Source of the DNA: a cyanobacterium endosymbiont of Braarudosphaera bigelowii
GTDB taxonomy: Bacteria > Cyanobacteriota > Cyanobacteriia > Cyanobacteriales > Microcystaceae
Direction of reading: 5' to 3'
NCBI RefSeq assembly: GCF_020885515.1
Contig: NZ_AP024987.1
Location: 360,001-392,000, forward strand
DNA length: 32,000 nt
The stretch's first letter is position 1. Each line of letters starts with the position of its first letter. Both the position numbers and the translations under genes were made by a program. The notes under the pieces were generated by a model, which saw nothing but the letters and a program-made list of their open reading frames with translations, had not been told where the DNA came from and made no database searches. Of this stretch, positions 13,578 through 25,383 are shown piece after piece.

Positions 13578-13738
13578 TTAAATTTGTTCCGAGGACATTG
13601 AGGATACTAAGATTATTGTTATCTACTGTATCAAACTTCGCTAAATTCAAAAATAGATATCAATACAATGTTTATATTCTTAAGTTTTTTTAGATCAGAT
13701 TTTATGCACTGTATAAAATTTTAAGTATTAAAAGAGTA

Positions 13739-14425
13739 TCAATTAAAATTGAGAGTAGCCTGTTCTTGATTATCAAAAGGGACATTTACAAAACCTAATT
13801 CGTATAATTGTCGATAAGATTTTTTTCCTAAATCTGTAGTAGGATTTTGGGAGCGGATTATTTGAATAAGTAAAGGAACAGCCAATTCAGCTTGATCTTG
13901 TGCTCTATGTACTAAAGCTAATTGATAAGTTGCTGAATCTCTCATTTGCCCTGTTTTTAATGCACTATTTCTTTGAGCATCATATACTTGTGTGTCTATA
14001 CCAGAAAAACTATTAGCTAGTTGTAAATGAAAATTAGATAACTGATTAAAAACCTTACGAGCTTGGCGTAATTTCGCTACTGCTAAGTCATAATTTTCTT
14101 GGTTGATAGCACTACTTGCTTCATTCATTAGTTTCTCTCCTCCCTGCAAACTTAGTAGACTATTGTCTTGTGTCAAGGGACGAAAATTATTAAAATCTGA
14201 TATATCATTTGCATTATCTTCTTGTTTTTCTACAGCTTGTTGAGATAAGGTAGATTGAGACAGCACTTGGCTAGGAAAAGTTATTGATGTCGCTATTTCT
14301 AAAATAAAAGAGATGAAGATAATACTAAGCAATTTATTGTTGAATACAAGAGACTTTAACATGATACCTTTAAATAAGAGAATTAGAGAATAGTGGAAAG
14401 ATAAATTACTGAGATATCCTAGCAT
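13739..14425 (-). CDS. Hypothetical secreted or membrane-anchored protein
   Basis: The ORF is long for such AT-rich DNA. It has a signal-like segment MLKSLVFNNKLLSIIFISFILEIATSITFPSQVLSQ, so the start is probably the Met at 14362. I do not recognise a family. Confidence 0.5.
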   Translation of the reverse strand: MLGYLSNLSFHYSLILLFKGIMLKSLVFNNKLLSIIFISFILEIATSITFPSQVLSQSTLSQQAVEKQEDNANDISDFNNFRPLTQDNSLLSLQGGEKLMNEASSAINQENYDLAVAKLRQARKVFNQLSNFHLQLANSFSGIDTQVYDAQRNSALKTGQMRDSATYQLALVHRAQDQAELAVPLLIQIIRSQNPTTDLGKKSYRQLYELGFVNVPFDNQEQATLNFN

Positions 14426-14609
14426 TTATCTTAAAAAACAAATGATAAAGTACTTACAAAGAAAAAATCACCATACTAACTTTTGATACAGCAAGATTAA
14501 AAATTTTCTCGTTATTATTAAAAACAATTTTTTGGATGGTAGTATATCTTACTACATAGTGCTAGCATAATTAGATTAATCTAACTTACAAAATATTTTT
14601 TGATTAACT

Positions 14610-14683
14610 AATATGAATATATTAATAATTACAAAACATAATTATTAATATATTCATATTAATAATTATGTTTTGTAATTATT
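14610..14683. repeat. Tandem 37-bp unit (x2) with both internal hairpin loops inverted between copies
   Basis: Unit 1 is aatat-gaat-atatt + aataatta-caaaaca-taattatt (14610-14646). Unit 2 is aatat-attc-atatt + aataatta-tgttttg-taattatt (14647-14683). The stems are identical and both loops are exact reverse complements. Equivalently, the layout is X(14) Y(23) rcX rcY. Confidence 0.9.
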
Positions 14684-14910
14684 AATAGTTTTTTAAATAT
14701 TATTAGTATTAATATCTAATTTCTAGAAGATTAGATAAGAAATCAACCAATATATCTTATGTTTTTATATATAGAACATAGTAAATCAAAGATTCTTAGT
14801 TAATTTATATTATTCTGAGTACTGTCTTAAATATAGTACCTAACTTAAATAAGGTACTGCCCCAAAATAATAAATATTTTAATTATAATTTTTTACTTTA
14901 ACAATAAGAT

Positions 14911-16782
14911 ATGACTCTTTCTTCAGTTAATTACTGTGAACTTCAAAAACTTCTAGTAGAATCTTCAATAATAAAAGAAAGGGAAGCTGTTTTAGGTTTT
15001 ACTATTGATAGTAAAACCTCCAAGGATCTCGATGATGCTATATGGATAGAACCTTATCAATCGGGCGCTATTATTTCAGTACATATTTCTGATGTAACAG
15101 CATTAATTCCAGAAAGGTCAGAGCTTGAAAAGAAAGCATTAAAGCAAATCGAGACTAACTATCTGGCTTTATCTACAAATCCTTTATTCCCAAATGAATT
15201 GTCTGATAATAAACTATCTTTATTAGAAGGTCGCCCACGCTTAACTATTACTATTAAAATCACCTTAGACAAAGTAGCCAATATTAAAAATACTCAGCTT
15301 TTATCTACATCTTTAATAAGCATGAAGAAGTTTTCTTATGCAGCAGCAGATAAAACTGTTGAAGATATTTCTCAACCTTTATGCCAAATATTACGTTACT
15401 GTGAGTTGTGGGCACAGAAATTAGCAAAAAAAAGAAAAGATATTGGAGCATTTGGACAAAGTATTATTAAAGGTATTTCATTAGATGAGGAAGGGAGGCT
15501 AGTAGAAACTTCTATATATCTTTCACAACGAATTATTCAAGAATTTATGGTTTTAGCTAATACAGCTGTTGCTAACTTAGCAGAACAACATAAATTACCT
15601 ATTCTTTATCGTAATCATACATGTTCTGCAATTGCACCTAAAAATAAACTTTTAGTTGAAACTCTGGTTGCCTTAGGATTACCTACATTAATTCGCCAAA
15701 AACTTAAAAACTGGTTAAATTCTGCAAGTTATTCTCCTATTGTGATTAGTCATTTTGCCTTATGCGTTCCTGCATATACTCATTTTACATCTCCTATTCG
15801 TCGTATTGCTGATTATCTTAATCATAAGATTTTAAAGGCAATGTTTATCAAACAAAGAAAAAATCCTTACTTATTTGAAGAATTAGAAAAAATTGCTCAA
15901 TATATTAATAAAGAACACTTAAAAATCAAAGAAAAGCGTACTCAATATTTTCAAATAGAGTATTTGGAAAAAGTAACAAGTATTTTAAATGATCAAAATA
16001 AAATTTCTTTATTATCTGATAGAGAATTTTCTCAAATTCTTAAAGACAGTTTTAAGATATCGAAATTAGATAAAATTGCAATGGAAGCTAAACACAGGTT
16101 AAAACAAAGAATGTTGAAGCCATGTGATTTATATTACTTAACATTTGGCAAGTATCAAAACTTAAAAAATGAGAAGTTAATGAAAAACGAATTATTATAT
16201 TACTTTAAAGAACAAATTGTTTTAGCTACCCAAACGTTACAAATAGCTTCTACAATTTTGCAAAAAGATGTAAATTATATTGAAAAATTAACACCATCAG
16301 GACAATTTGTTTTTCGGACAGTTTTCGAAAATAAAACAGTACAAAAAGCTTCTATAGCATCTAATAAACAAGAGGCTAAGCATAAATCTAATTTATTTTG
16401 GATAGAAGGAAAATTAGAAAAAGCTTTATATTCTCCTACTACAATTGACCTGAATACTATAAAGAAAAATAACATGTCAAGAGTAAAATTTACAGCTAAA
16501 AGCAGAATTAATCTGATAAAAATTAGTGTAAATGCAATTGATAATTCAATTACTTACATACATACAGTTTTAAAATATATAAAAGTCAAAAAACCAATGT
16601 ATATGTACAGTAAAGTAGGTTTGAAGTGGGAGTGTTACTGTTATTTCCAATGGATCAATAATATTAATATTGTGACAACATCTATAGCAAAAACAAAGAA
16701 AGAAGGGAAAGCTAACACATCAATAAAATTAATGATTCATTTAGAAAATTACTTTTTTGTTACGAAAAATAATGCAGTTTAA
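14911..16782 (+). CDS. RNB-domain 3'-5' exoribonuclease (RNase II/R family), non-canonical architecture
   Basis: Catalytic motifs are intact: IDSKTSKDLDDAIW (four Asp), HISDV, YTHFTSPIRRIADYLNH. RNB motif I starts near residue 33, so there are no N-terminal cold-shock domains. I recognise no S1 domain. The C-terminal ~200 aa show two dsRBD-like patterns. Confidence 0.85.
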   Translation: MTLSSVNYCELQKLLVESSIIKEREAVLGFTIDSKTSKDLDDAIWIEPYQSGAIISVHISDVTALIPERSELEKKALKQIETNYLALSTNPLFPNELSDNKLSLLEGRPRLTITIKITLDKVANIKNTQLLSTSLISMKKFSYAAADKTVEDISQPLCQILRYCELWAQKLAKKRKDIGAFGQSIIKGISLDEEGRLVETSIYLSQRIIQEFMVLANTAVANLAEQHKLPILYRNHTCSAIAPKNKLLVETLVALGLPTLIRQKLKNWLNSASYSPIVISHFALCVPAYTHFTSPIRRIADYLNHKILKAMFIKQRKNPYLFEELEKIAQYINKEHLKIKEKRTQYFQIEYLEKVTSILNDQNKISLLSDREFSQILKDSFKISKLDKIAMEAKHRLKQRMLKPCDLYYLTFGKYQNLKNEKLMKNELLYYFKEQIVLATQTLQIASTILQKDVNYIEKLTPSGQFVFRTVFENKTVQKASIASNKQEAKHKSNLFWIEGKLEKALYSPTTIDLNTIKKNNMSRVKFTAKSRINLIKISVNAIDNSITYIHTVLKYIKVKKPMYMYSKVGLKWECYCYFQWINNINIVTTSIAKTKKEGKANTSIKLMIHLENYFFVTKNNAV

Positions 16783-17093
16783 ATAATTAAAAGGTTTTCT
16801 AGTTTATGTTTAAAACTTACGATTATGCTAAATACCAATCTAAATTTTAGAATTGATTACACATAAATAATCTTTATTATTTATACTCTTAAAGTACACA
16901 TTAAATTAACTTTTTAAGACATTAATTTTTATTTTAAAGTATTTTGACGTAATAGTTTTAAGAAAAAAAATTAGGAATAAGATTGTTAATAGGAATATGA
17001 ATAAGTGTTCCAAATAGAAAAAAAACATAAAACTTTGCATATGTCGCCAGTAATTTTATAGTAATATTGACTTTTAATATAATAAACAGCATC

Positions 17094-18257
17094 GTGAAAA
17101 AAATTTCAATTCTCGGTTCTACTGGTTCTATAGGAACACAAACACTTGATATCGTTTATCAGTATCCAGAACAGTTTAAAGTAATGGGATTAACTACTCA
17201 CTCTAATATAGAACTACTATTCGCTCAAATAAAACAATTCCATCCTGAGATTGTTGCAGTGGCCAATAAAGAAAAAGTAGAAAATTTGAAAAATATGATT
17301 TCTACTTTAGATAACTCTCCTATAATCGTAGCTGGAGATCAAGGTGTTATAGAAGTGGCATGTTATGGAGATACAGAAAGTATTGTTACAGGTATAGTAG
17401 GATGTGCAGGATTATTACCAACAATTGAAGCAATAAAAGCAGGAAAAGATATTGCTTTAGCGAACAAAGAAACACTTATTGCTGGAGGGCCTGTTGTATT
17501 ACCCTTGATAGAAAAATATGGGGTTAAGTTATTACCTGCAGATTCAGAACATTCAGCAATTTTTCAGTGCTTACAAGGTATAGATAATAAAGATTTAAAA
17601 CGCGTTATTTTAACTGCTTCAGGAGGAGCTTTTAGAGATTTACCAACTGAAAAACTTAAATTTGTAACAGTTGAAGATGCTTTAAAACATCCTAATTGGT
17701 CAATGGGTAAAAAAATTACTATAGATTCAGCTACCTTAATGAATAAAGGCTTAGAAGTAATTGAGGCACATTTTTTATTTGAAGTAGATTATAGTAATAT
17801 AGATATCGTTATCCATCCACAAAGTATTATCCATTCTCTAATTGAATTAATAGACACTTCAGTCTTAGCTCAACTCGGATGGCCAGATATGCGCCTTCCA
17901 TTACTATATGCTTTATCTTGGCCTAAGAGAATTCATACAGATTGGAAACAATTAGATTTAGCAAAGATGAGTAATTTGACGTTCCAAAAACCAGATTATG
18001 ATAAATACCCTTGTATTAAGTTAGCTTATGCAGCGGGAAAGGCTGGCGGTGCTATGCCAGCTGTTCTTAATGCAGCCAATGAACAAGCTGTCAAATCATT
18101 TTTAAATAAAGAAATTACTTTTTTAGCAATTCCTTATATTATCGAAAAAACTTGTGAACTTTTTGTATCTAATAATTCTTCTCAACCAACATTAGATGAT
18201 ATATTAGAGGCTGATCAATGGGCAAGAGGAACAGCCCTAATGCTCGTAAAGAAATAG
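17094..18257 (+). CDS. dxr: 1-deoxy-D-xylulose-5-phosphate reductoisomerase
   Basis: [20 protein letters not shown] is the NADPH-binding N-terminus. [25 protein letters not shown] and HPQSIIHS are present. I prefer the in-frame GTG at 17094, which gives the family-typical N-terminus, over the tracked TTG at 17067. Confidence 0.93.
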   Translation: MKKISILGSTGSIGTQTLDIVYQYPEQFKVMGLTTHSNIELLFAQIKQFHPEIVAVANKEKVENLKNMISTLDNSPIIVAGDQGVIEVACYGDTESIVTGIVGCAGLLPTIEAIKAGKDIALANKETLIAGGPVVLPLIEKYGVKLLPADSEHSAIFQCLQGIDNKDLKRVILTASGGAFRDLPTEKLKFVTVEDALKHPNWSMGKKITIDSATLMNKGLEVIEAHFLFEVDYSNIDIVIHPQSIIHSLIELIDTSVLAQLGWPDMRLPLLYALSWPKRIHTDWKQLDLAKMSNLTFQKPDYDKYPCIKLAYAAGKAGGAMPAVLNAANEQAVKSFLNKEITFLAIPYIIEKTCELFVSNNSSQPTLDDILEADQWARGTALMLVKK

Positions 18258-18332
18258 ACATAAATTAATTATTCTAAAATAATCCGATCGAAATATCACA
18301 TATACTTTTTCATACTAAGCAAAATACATAAT

Positions 18333-18545
18333 ATGTTGCTTAATCTAATTATATTTATCACTTCTATAATAATCATATCAATAATATTTCGTTGGATTTT
18401 TACTGTTATTAAGTCTACATTCCTTACTTTAGTAAGTATAATAATAGTTTTAACACTACTAAAACTTACTTTTGATGTAGATGATCAAGAACTATCGATA
18501 AAAATCCAAAGCCTTCTCAAGATATTGCAAGATTTTTATAAGTAA
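18333..18545 (+). CDS. Possible small membrane protein (70 aa, two hydrophobic helices)
   Basis: There is ORF support only. The hydrophobic I/L/F-rich sequence is also what AT-rich DNA yields by chance. I recognise no family. Confidence 0.3.
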   Translation: MLLNLIIFITSIIIISIIFRWIFTVIKSTFLTLVSIIIVLTLLKLTFDVDDQELSIKIQSLLKILQDFYK

Positions 18546-18668
18546 TGAATATTGACTTTAATTACGTAATCTGAGTAAATAATTTAAGTTAATTCTTAAA
18601 CTATAAAGCAACTGAAAATTAGTATAAAATATTAAATACAATATTCAAAGAAAAAAATATTTTATAGG

Positions 18669-18703
18669 GATATTTCTTGAACTGTAATATTTCAAGAAAT
18701 ATC
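18669..18703. terminator. 13-bp perfect hairpin between convergent genes (small ORF + / asnS -)
   Basis: gatatttcttgaa (18669-18681), ctgtaatat, ttcaagaaatatc (18691-18703). The convergent position fits a shared terminator. The stem is AT-rich and the U-tract is weak. Confidence 0.4.
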
Positions 18704-18817
18704 TTAGTAATATAAGTATAAACAGTAAGTAATACTTAACTGCTTCTAATATGGTGTTGAAAATAATTCTAAATTCATAAGCTTGATAATAATATATGTT
18801 TAGAATTATTCAATTTA

Positions 18818-20209
18818 TCAAAATTCTGCATTTAAAGGAGTTCTAGGAAAAGGTATTACCTCTCTAATATTCTTGACTCCTGTCATAAATTGTACCATCC
18901 GCTCAAAACCTAGCCCAAATCCTGAATGAGGAACAGTTCCATATCTTCGTAGATCTAGATACCATGATAAATCTTCAGTAATAATATTTTGTGCTTGAAG
19001 TCTTTCTTCTAATATGTCTAGTCTCTCTTCTCGTTGAGAACCACCAATAATTTCACCAATTTTAGGAAATAGAATATCCATCGCAGCTACTGTCTTTTGA
19101 TCATCATTTAAACGCATATAAAATGCTTTAGTAACAGTAGGATAGTTAGTAACAATTACAGGACTTTTAAATACTTCTTCTGCTAAATAACGCTCATGTT
19201 CAGCTTGTAAATCAATTCCCCACTCTACTGCATATTCAAACAGCTTGTTAGAATTTTCTAGTAAATTAATAGCATTTGTATAAGTTATACGCTCAAACTT
19301 TTTATTAGTGATCTTTTCTGCTGTCTCTAGGACTGTTGAATCAATATACTTATTAAAAAATTCCATATCTTCAGGACAACTTTGTAATACACTTTTAAAG
19401 ACATATTTTAAAAATTCTTCTGCTACATCTTGATTTCCTTCAAGGTCACAAAAAGCCATTTCTGGTTCCACCATCCAAAATTCAGCTAAGTGACGAGAAG
19501 TATTAGAATTTTCTGCTCTAAATGTAGGACCAAAAGTATAAACATTTTGAAAAGCCATAGCCATAACCTCGGCTTCTAGTTGACCACTAACTGTTAAATA
19601 TGCCGGCTTGCCAAAAAAATCTTGCGTATATTCAGTGTTACCTTTCTCATTCCGTGGAATATTAGATAGATCAAAATTTGTAACTTTAAATAAATCTCCT
19701 GCTCCCTCACAATCATTAACTGTAATGATTGGTGTGTGAATTAACATAAATCCTTTTTCTTGAAAAAATTTATGTATGGCCATAGCACAAGAATTTCTAA
19801 TTCTCATTACTGCGCCTAATGTATTAGTACGATTTCTTAAATGTCCTATAGTACGTAAAAATTCAAATGAATGACGTTTCTTTTGAAGAGGATAAGTTTC
19901 GGGGTTTGAATCGCCATAAATTTTTATTGTGGTAGCTTTTAGCTCAATATTTTGATTTTTACCTGGTGAAGTAGCTAATGTTCCTGAAACTTCTACGGAA
20001 GATCCTGTATTTAAACGTACGATAGTTTCTTCATAATTAGAAATAGTTTTATCAAGAATAACTTGTAAATTTTTTAAACTAGATCCGTCATTAACTTCAA
20101 TAAAAGTAAATTCTTTCAGCTCTCGTTTTGTACGTAACCATCCTTGAATAGTGGCATTTTCATCAGGTACTCCATTATGAAATAAATCTTTTATACGTTT
20201 TGTTTTCAT
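18818..20209 (-). CDS. asnS: Asparagine--tRNA ligase
   Basis: Class IIb synthetase: N-terminal OB fold (GWLRTKRELKEFTFIEVNDGS), motif 2 FRAENSNTSRHLAEFWMVEPE, motif 3 GFGLGFERMVQF. Confidence 0.95.
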   Translation of the reverse strand: MKTKRIKDLFHNGVPDENATIQGWLRTKRELKEFTFIEVNDGSSLKNLQVILDKTISNYEETIVRLNTGSSVEVSGTLATSPGKNQNIELKATTIKIYGDSNPETYPLQKKRHSFEFLRTIGHLRNRTNTLGAVMRIRNSCAMAIHKFFQEKGFMLIHTPIITVNDCEGAGDLFKVTNFDLSNIPRNEKGNTEYTQDFFGKPAYLTVSGQLEAEVMAMAFQNVYTFGPTFRAENSNTSRHLAEFWMVEPEMAFCDLEGNQDVAEEFLKYVFKSVLQSCPEDMEFFNKYIDSTVLETAEKITNKKFERITYTNAINLLENSNKLFEYAVEWGIDLQAEHERYLAEEVFKSPVIVTNYPTVTKAFYMRLNDDQKTVAAMDILFPKIGEIIGGSQREERLDILEERLQAQNIITEDLSWYLDLRRYGTVPHSGFGLGFERMVQFMTGVKNIREVIPFPRTPLNAEF

Positions 20210-20351
20210 TACTTATTTAATATTTTATAAAACTATTTCGACTATATAGTATCAAATTTTGTTTCTAAAGCTGTTAATAATAGTATCTTGACTTTACAGA
20301 AATAATTAAAGTTATAAATATATAAGAAAAATGAGTATGGTAATTAAATCT

Positions 20352-20378
20352 GAAAAGTATTTTCTATAAATACTTTTC
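20352..20378. terminator. 11-bp hairpin downstream of the PRC-barrel gene
   Basis: gaaaagtattt, tctat, aaatacttttc. It lies about 250 nt after the stop of the minus-strand PRC-barrel gene and upstream of asnS. Function is inferred from position only. Confidence 0.3.
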
Positions 20379-20629
20379 GCCCATAGAACTAACTTTAATA
20401 TGAATTTTGAATTATGAATTTGTGGTTTATGTCTTAGTTACAATGTTAAATTACAATAATGTATACTATTGATACAGTACATTAGTTTTATCGCTTAAAT
20501 TAAATATATATTTAAGAATATTATATTCTAATATTTTCAAGAGTAACTTCAATTAAGATAAAGATTTCTTAAATTTCTATTTTCTATCATCTATAATTAC
20601 TAAATTAAAACTTTTATAATTAATTCAAT

Positions 20630-21583
20630 TTAAGCCTCTTCCTCATGATATTCGACTTGTTTTTCCGAAATATTAACAGGATTAGGCGTATATGATTCCA
20701 ATTCACTTTTGTCTTCCCAAACATCACTTTGTTCTTCGTTGAATTTATTTTGCTTTTCTTTATAGCTAATTGATTGGGATACAATTTCTTCTTGTTGTAT
20801 TTCTTCCCAATTTGTCTCTTCGTAACTATTTTCATATTCTTGATAACGAATAGGATTTTTTTCTCCCATTGGAGACATAAAGGTTACTGGTTCTTCTAAA
20901 GTATTTTCATTCCACTGCTCATTTACTGAAGATCCTCTTGTTTGTACATTATCTCTAACAGGAGTCCCAGTACCTAGCTGATTCTCAGGTCTTGTTGTTG
21001 AAGAAGAATAAAGATAATCTTCATCATCTTTATCCCAAGGAGGTTGACTAACACCTAAGCGTTGTAAAAACCCCATAGTTAATTGTGTAAGTCGCTCTTC
21101 TGCTCCTTCAAAGACGATCAAGCGATTAGGACCATTGCTGACTACTTCATCCATTGAGATTTCATATGTACTTAATATTTGATCAGGAATTTGAGGGTAA
21201 CCTAATGAAGCAATAATTATAGATAAGACTTTACCTGTTGCCAAGTCAAATTGAAAATCTCGAACACGTCCTAGAGATTCTCCGGATTCAGTAATAACTT
21301 CACAATTAATCAAAGGAGAGTATAAATTAGTATCAATAATCTCAACTGCATGTTGGTTATCAACTAAAATGACATCACCTATTTGACAAATACTTGTAAT
21401 ATAAATATGGTCTGACACTCCTGAAATAGAAAACATATTATCTCGTAAACCAAGAGCAACTACTTCTCGTTGATCGATATCAACTAAAACTTCTTTAACA
21501 ACTCCTAATCTTTTGCCCTCCTCTCGAGTAATCACTTGCGTATTAACAAATTCGTTACGTAGCCTAATATTATCTATAGTCAT
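20630..21583 (-). CDS. PRC-barrel domain protein (two PRC-barrel-like modules) with an acidic Trp-containing C-terminal tail
   Basis: N-terminal VITREEGKRLGVVKEVLVDIDQREVVALGLRD and a second module VITESGESLGRVRDFQFDLATGKVLSIII are PRC-barrel patterns common in cyanobacteria. The tail is low-complexity and rich in E, D, Q and N. Confidence 0.75.
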   Translation of the reverse strand: MTIDNIRLRNEFVNTQVITREEGKRLGVVKEVLVDIDQREVVALGLRDNMFSISGVSDHIYITSICQIGDVILVDNQHAVEIIDTNLYSPLINCEVITESGESLGRVRDFQFDLATGKVLSIIIASLGYPQIPDQILSTYEISMDEVVSNGPNRLIVFEGAEERLTQLTMGFLQRLGVSQPPWDKDDEDYLYSSSTTRPENQLGTGTPVRDNVQTRGSSVNEQWNENTLEEPVTFMSPMGEKNPIRYQEYENSYEETNWEEIQQEEIVSQSISYKEKQNKFNEEQSDVWEDKSELESYTPNPVNISEKQVEYHEEEA

Positions 21584-22580
21584 TTTATCTTAAGTTGGAT
21601 TTTTAGTTTTTTGGAAATAGAAAAATTAATAACAGATATTTCAGTGAGATGATTTAGTCTTAATTTATTGATAATAACTTAAGCGTTTATATTAAGCTAT
21701 GATTTAAATAAAATGAATAATTTATTTATTAATCTATAAAGTAAAACTGTATAGATTGATAAATAAGTTATCTTCTACTCTGCAATGATTTTCTATACTT
21801 TTACTTCAACTATTATATTAACATTTATTATATTCTATTAATTTATAAATATAGTGTTATCTTTGATGAATCCTCATGGAGATTTTTAGTTTGTAAATAC
21901 TACGAAATATTTTAATAACTTATTTATTATGAAAAGATAAGTTATTAATTATAGTCAAGCAAGTTTAATGTTAGCGTTTTTTAGAGATTTGAAATATAGA
22001 GTGTGGAAATTTAGTATTTACATATAAACAATTTGAATTACAAAACTAAAAAAAGCTTTCTGTCTTAAAATTTCTAATTATTTCTGATAATATAACACTC
22101 AAGTTAAATCCATTAATAGTTCTCATTTATTAAGTAAAGTCTTTAATGTGTTTTTGTTTTATACAAAGTAAAAAATATTTATAAAAAATTAAGATATATA
22201 AGAAATATAAACTTCTAAGATAGATTAAGCCTTATTGATAGATTATTAAAGTATATATTAGCTAATATTTTCTGATTTAAAAACTATTTAGTAGTTATAT
22301 GTTATTTTCTTCGAACTTATAATGTTTTTCTTTTATTTTCCAAAATAATATTAAATTATTTTAATAGAAAAATTCAAAAAAAATAAATAGAATAAAACTA
22401 ATAACAACCTATTAAATATATTATTTTGGGCATGTTAAATTCATGTTGACCATTTATTTTATAATTTTTGAATTAGTTAAGCTAGAATGAATTTTAAAAA
22501 TATCGATTATTAAAAAAATCATACAGAACAAGTAAATTTTATTTGTCTTTTTACTTTAAATTTAGAGTCATTTACTTTAA

Positions 22581-23612
<1,032 letters not shown>

Positions 23613-24180
23613 TTTGTGCTATTTGAATAACATGAAAATATTGCTTAGAAACGTCTTTAGTAAATACTTGTGTTAGTAAAAATTTTTTATTTAGTATATA
23701 AACTAAAGAAGAATTACTTTTTATAGGTTTTTTAAACAGCGTAACGCGATATTAGTGTTATCCTAGCATTAAATATATTTGGAGAAAACTTATTATTAAT
23801 AGTTTAAAGTTTCAAAATGTTCATTAAGATTATTTTTGATATTACGACTTTGTGAATTAGTTTCATCATATTAAAACTACTGGTAATAAGTATATTCTTC
23901 ATGGATAAAAAAGATAATATATAATTTTGAAAAATACAATATTATTTTGACTTAAAAAAATAGAATCAATTATTTATAAGCTAAATAGTCATAAAATAAT
24001 GATCTCTTCAGTATTTTTGCTAAAATCTCTAATTTTTATATTGTTTAGTAGTATACTAAACATACGAAATTTGCATTACTAATGTTAGTTATCCAGCTAC
24101 TTTTACAAAAAGTAATTTGTAAAAAAATAAATTTTATCAGTTTTTAAAGTATTATTTAATTTTTATTAAAAAACTTTCTA

Positions 24181-25383
24181 ATGTCTAAGAAAACCTTGGC
24201 ATACTTGTCAGAACAGGAGATTACAGGAAAACGAGTACTTGTACGGACTGATTTTAACGTTCCTATGAAAGATCAATTAATTGTGGATGACACTCGAATC
24301 CGTGCAGCTTTACCCACTATTGAAAAACTTATTTCTCAGAAAGCAAAAGTTATTCTTTGTAGTCATATGGGACGTCCTCAAGGAAAAATAATTGATTCCA
24401 TGAGTTTAGCCCCTATCGCAATTCATTTGTCTAAACTTTTGAAAAAAAAAGTAATAATGTGCGATGAATGCATTGACGGTTCTGTTAAGAAAATTATCGA
24501 TAATTTAAAAGATGGTGAAATTGCTTTATTAGAAAATCTTCGTTTTCATAAAGAAGAAGAAGCTAATAATTTTGAATTTGCACAGAAATTAGCTAGCTAT
24601 GCAGATATATATGTTAACGATGCTTTTGCCTCTGTTCATAGATCTCATGCTTCCATTGAAGGAATAACACATCATGTAAAGTTTAATGTTGCAGGATATT
24701 TAATTGAGAAAGAACTTAAGTATCTTAATGATTATGTTAATAATCCTCAACGTCCTCTAGCAGCTATTATAGGAGGTTCTAAAGTTTCTAATAAGATAGA
24801 TATTATTGAAGCTTTACTTGATAAATGTGACAAATTACTTCTTGGTGGAGGAATGATATTTACATTTTATAAAGCTAGAGGACTCAACGTAGGTAAATCT
24901 TTAGTTGAAGATGAAAAATTGGACTTAGCAAGATCTTTAGAAATAAAGGCTAAAGCAAAAGGTGTAGAGTTAATAATACCTAATGATATAGTTATAGCAG
25001 ATAGTTTTTCTCCAGATGCTATTTTTGAGACTACAAGTATTAATAATATTAAAGATAATTGGATAGGACTAGATATCGGTCATCAGTCTATTAAAGCTTT
25101 TAGGGAAACTTTGAAGAATTGCAAAACGGTGATTTGGAATGGCCCTATGGGAGTATGTGAATTTGATCAATTTGCTATTGGGACTCAAAAAATTGCTCAT
25201 ACTTTAGTTGAACTGACTGAAAAAGGTACTACTACTATTATTGGAGGTGGTGATTCTGTAGCTGCAATAAATAAAATAGGGGTTGCTAACAAAGTAAGTC
25301 ATATATCTACAGGAGGAGGTGCTAGTTTAGCATTATTAAAAGATAAAATGTTGCCTGGTATTGCTGCTTTAGATGATATGTAG
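24181..25383 (+). CDS. pgk: Phosphoglycerate kinase
   Basis: RVDFNVP-type N-terminus ([11 protein letters not shown]). [42 protein letters not shown] and STGGGASL are present. Confidence 0.95.
   Translation: MSKKTLAYLSEQEITGKRVLVRTDFNVPMKDQLIVDDTRIRAALPTIEKLISQKAKVILCSHMGRPQGKIIDSMSLAPIAIHLSKLLKKKVIMCDECIDGSVKKIIDNLKDGEIALLENLRFHKEEEANNFEFAQKLASYADIYVNDAFASVHRSHASIEGITHHVKFNVAGYLIEKELKYLNDYVNNPQRPLAAIIGGSKVSNKIDIIEALLDKCDKLLLGGGMIFTFYKARGLNVGKSLVEDEKLDLARSLEIKAKAKGVELIIPNDIVIADSFSPDAIFETTSINNIKDNWIGLDIGHQSIKAFRETLKNCKTVIWNGPMGVCEFDQFAIGTQKIAHTLVELTEKGTTTIIGGGDSVAAINKIGVANKVSHISTGGGASLALLKDKMLPGIAALDDM

Noticed and set aside
14610-14683. X-Y-rcX-rcY order read as an H-type RNA pseudoknot
   Set aside because: The topology matches, but the 14-bp and 23-bp stems have zero-length connecting loops, which is sterically implausible. 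Each arm also folds locally on its own. Alternative hairpins or a DNA-level origin are more sensible.
16275-16475. 66-aa ORF antisense to the RNB gene. The same class includes 23033..23281 (antisense gap), 26081..26356 and 27302..27598 (antisense leuS), and 29809..30036 (antisense helicase)
   Set aside because: Each is fully nested antisense within a well-supported conserved CDS. These are shadow ORFs with no independent evidence.
17067-17093. TTG start extending dxr by nine codons (MTFNIINSI)
   Set aside because: The extension has no counterpart in the Dxr family. The in-frame GTG at 17094 gives the canonical [14 protein letters not shown]-terminus. The longer form cannot be excluded without ribosome-profiling or proteomic data.
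20620-20835. 71-aa Lys-rich ORF overlapping the 3' end of the PRC-barrel gene on the same strand in another frame
   Set aside because: This is an alternative-frame reading of the acidic tail region (GAA/GAT-rich DNA read as AAA/AAG). There is no support for overlapping coding.
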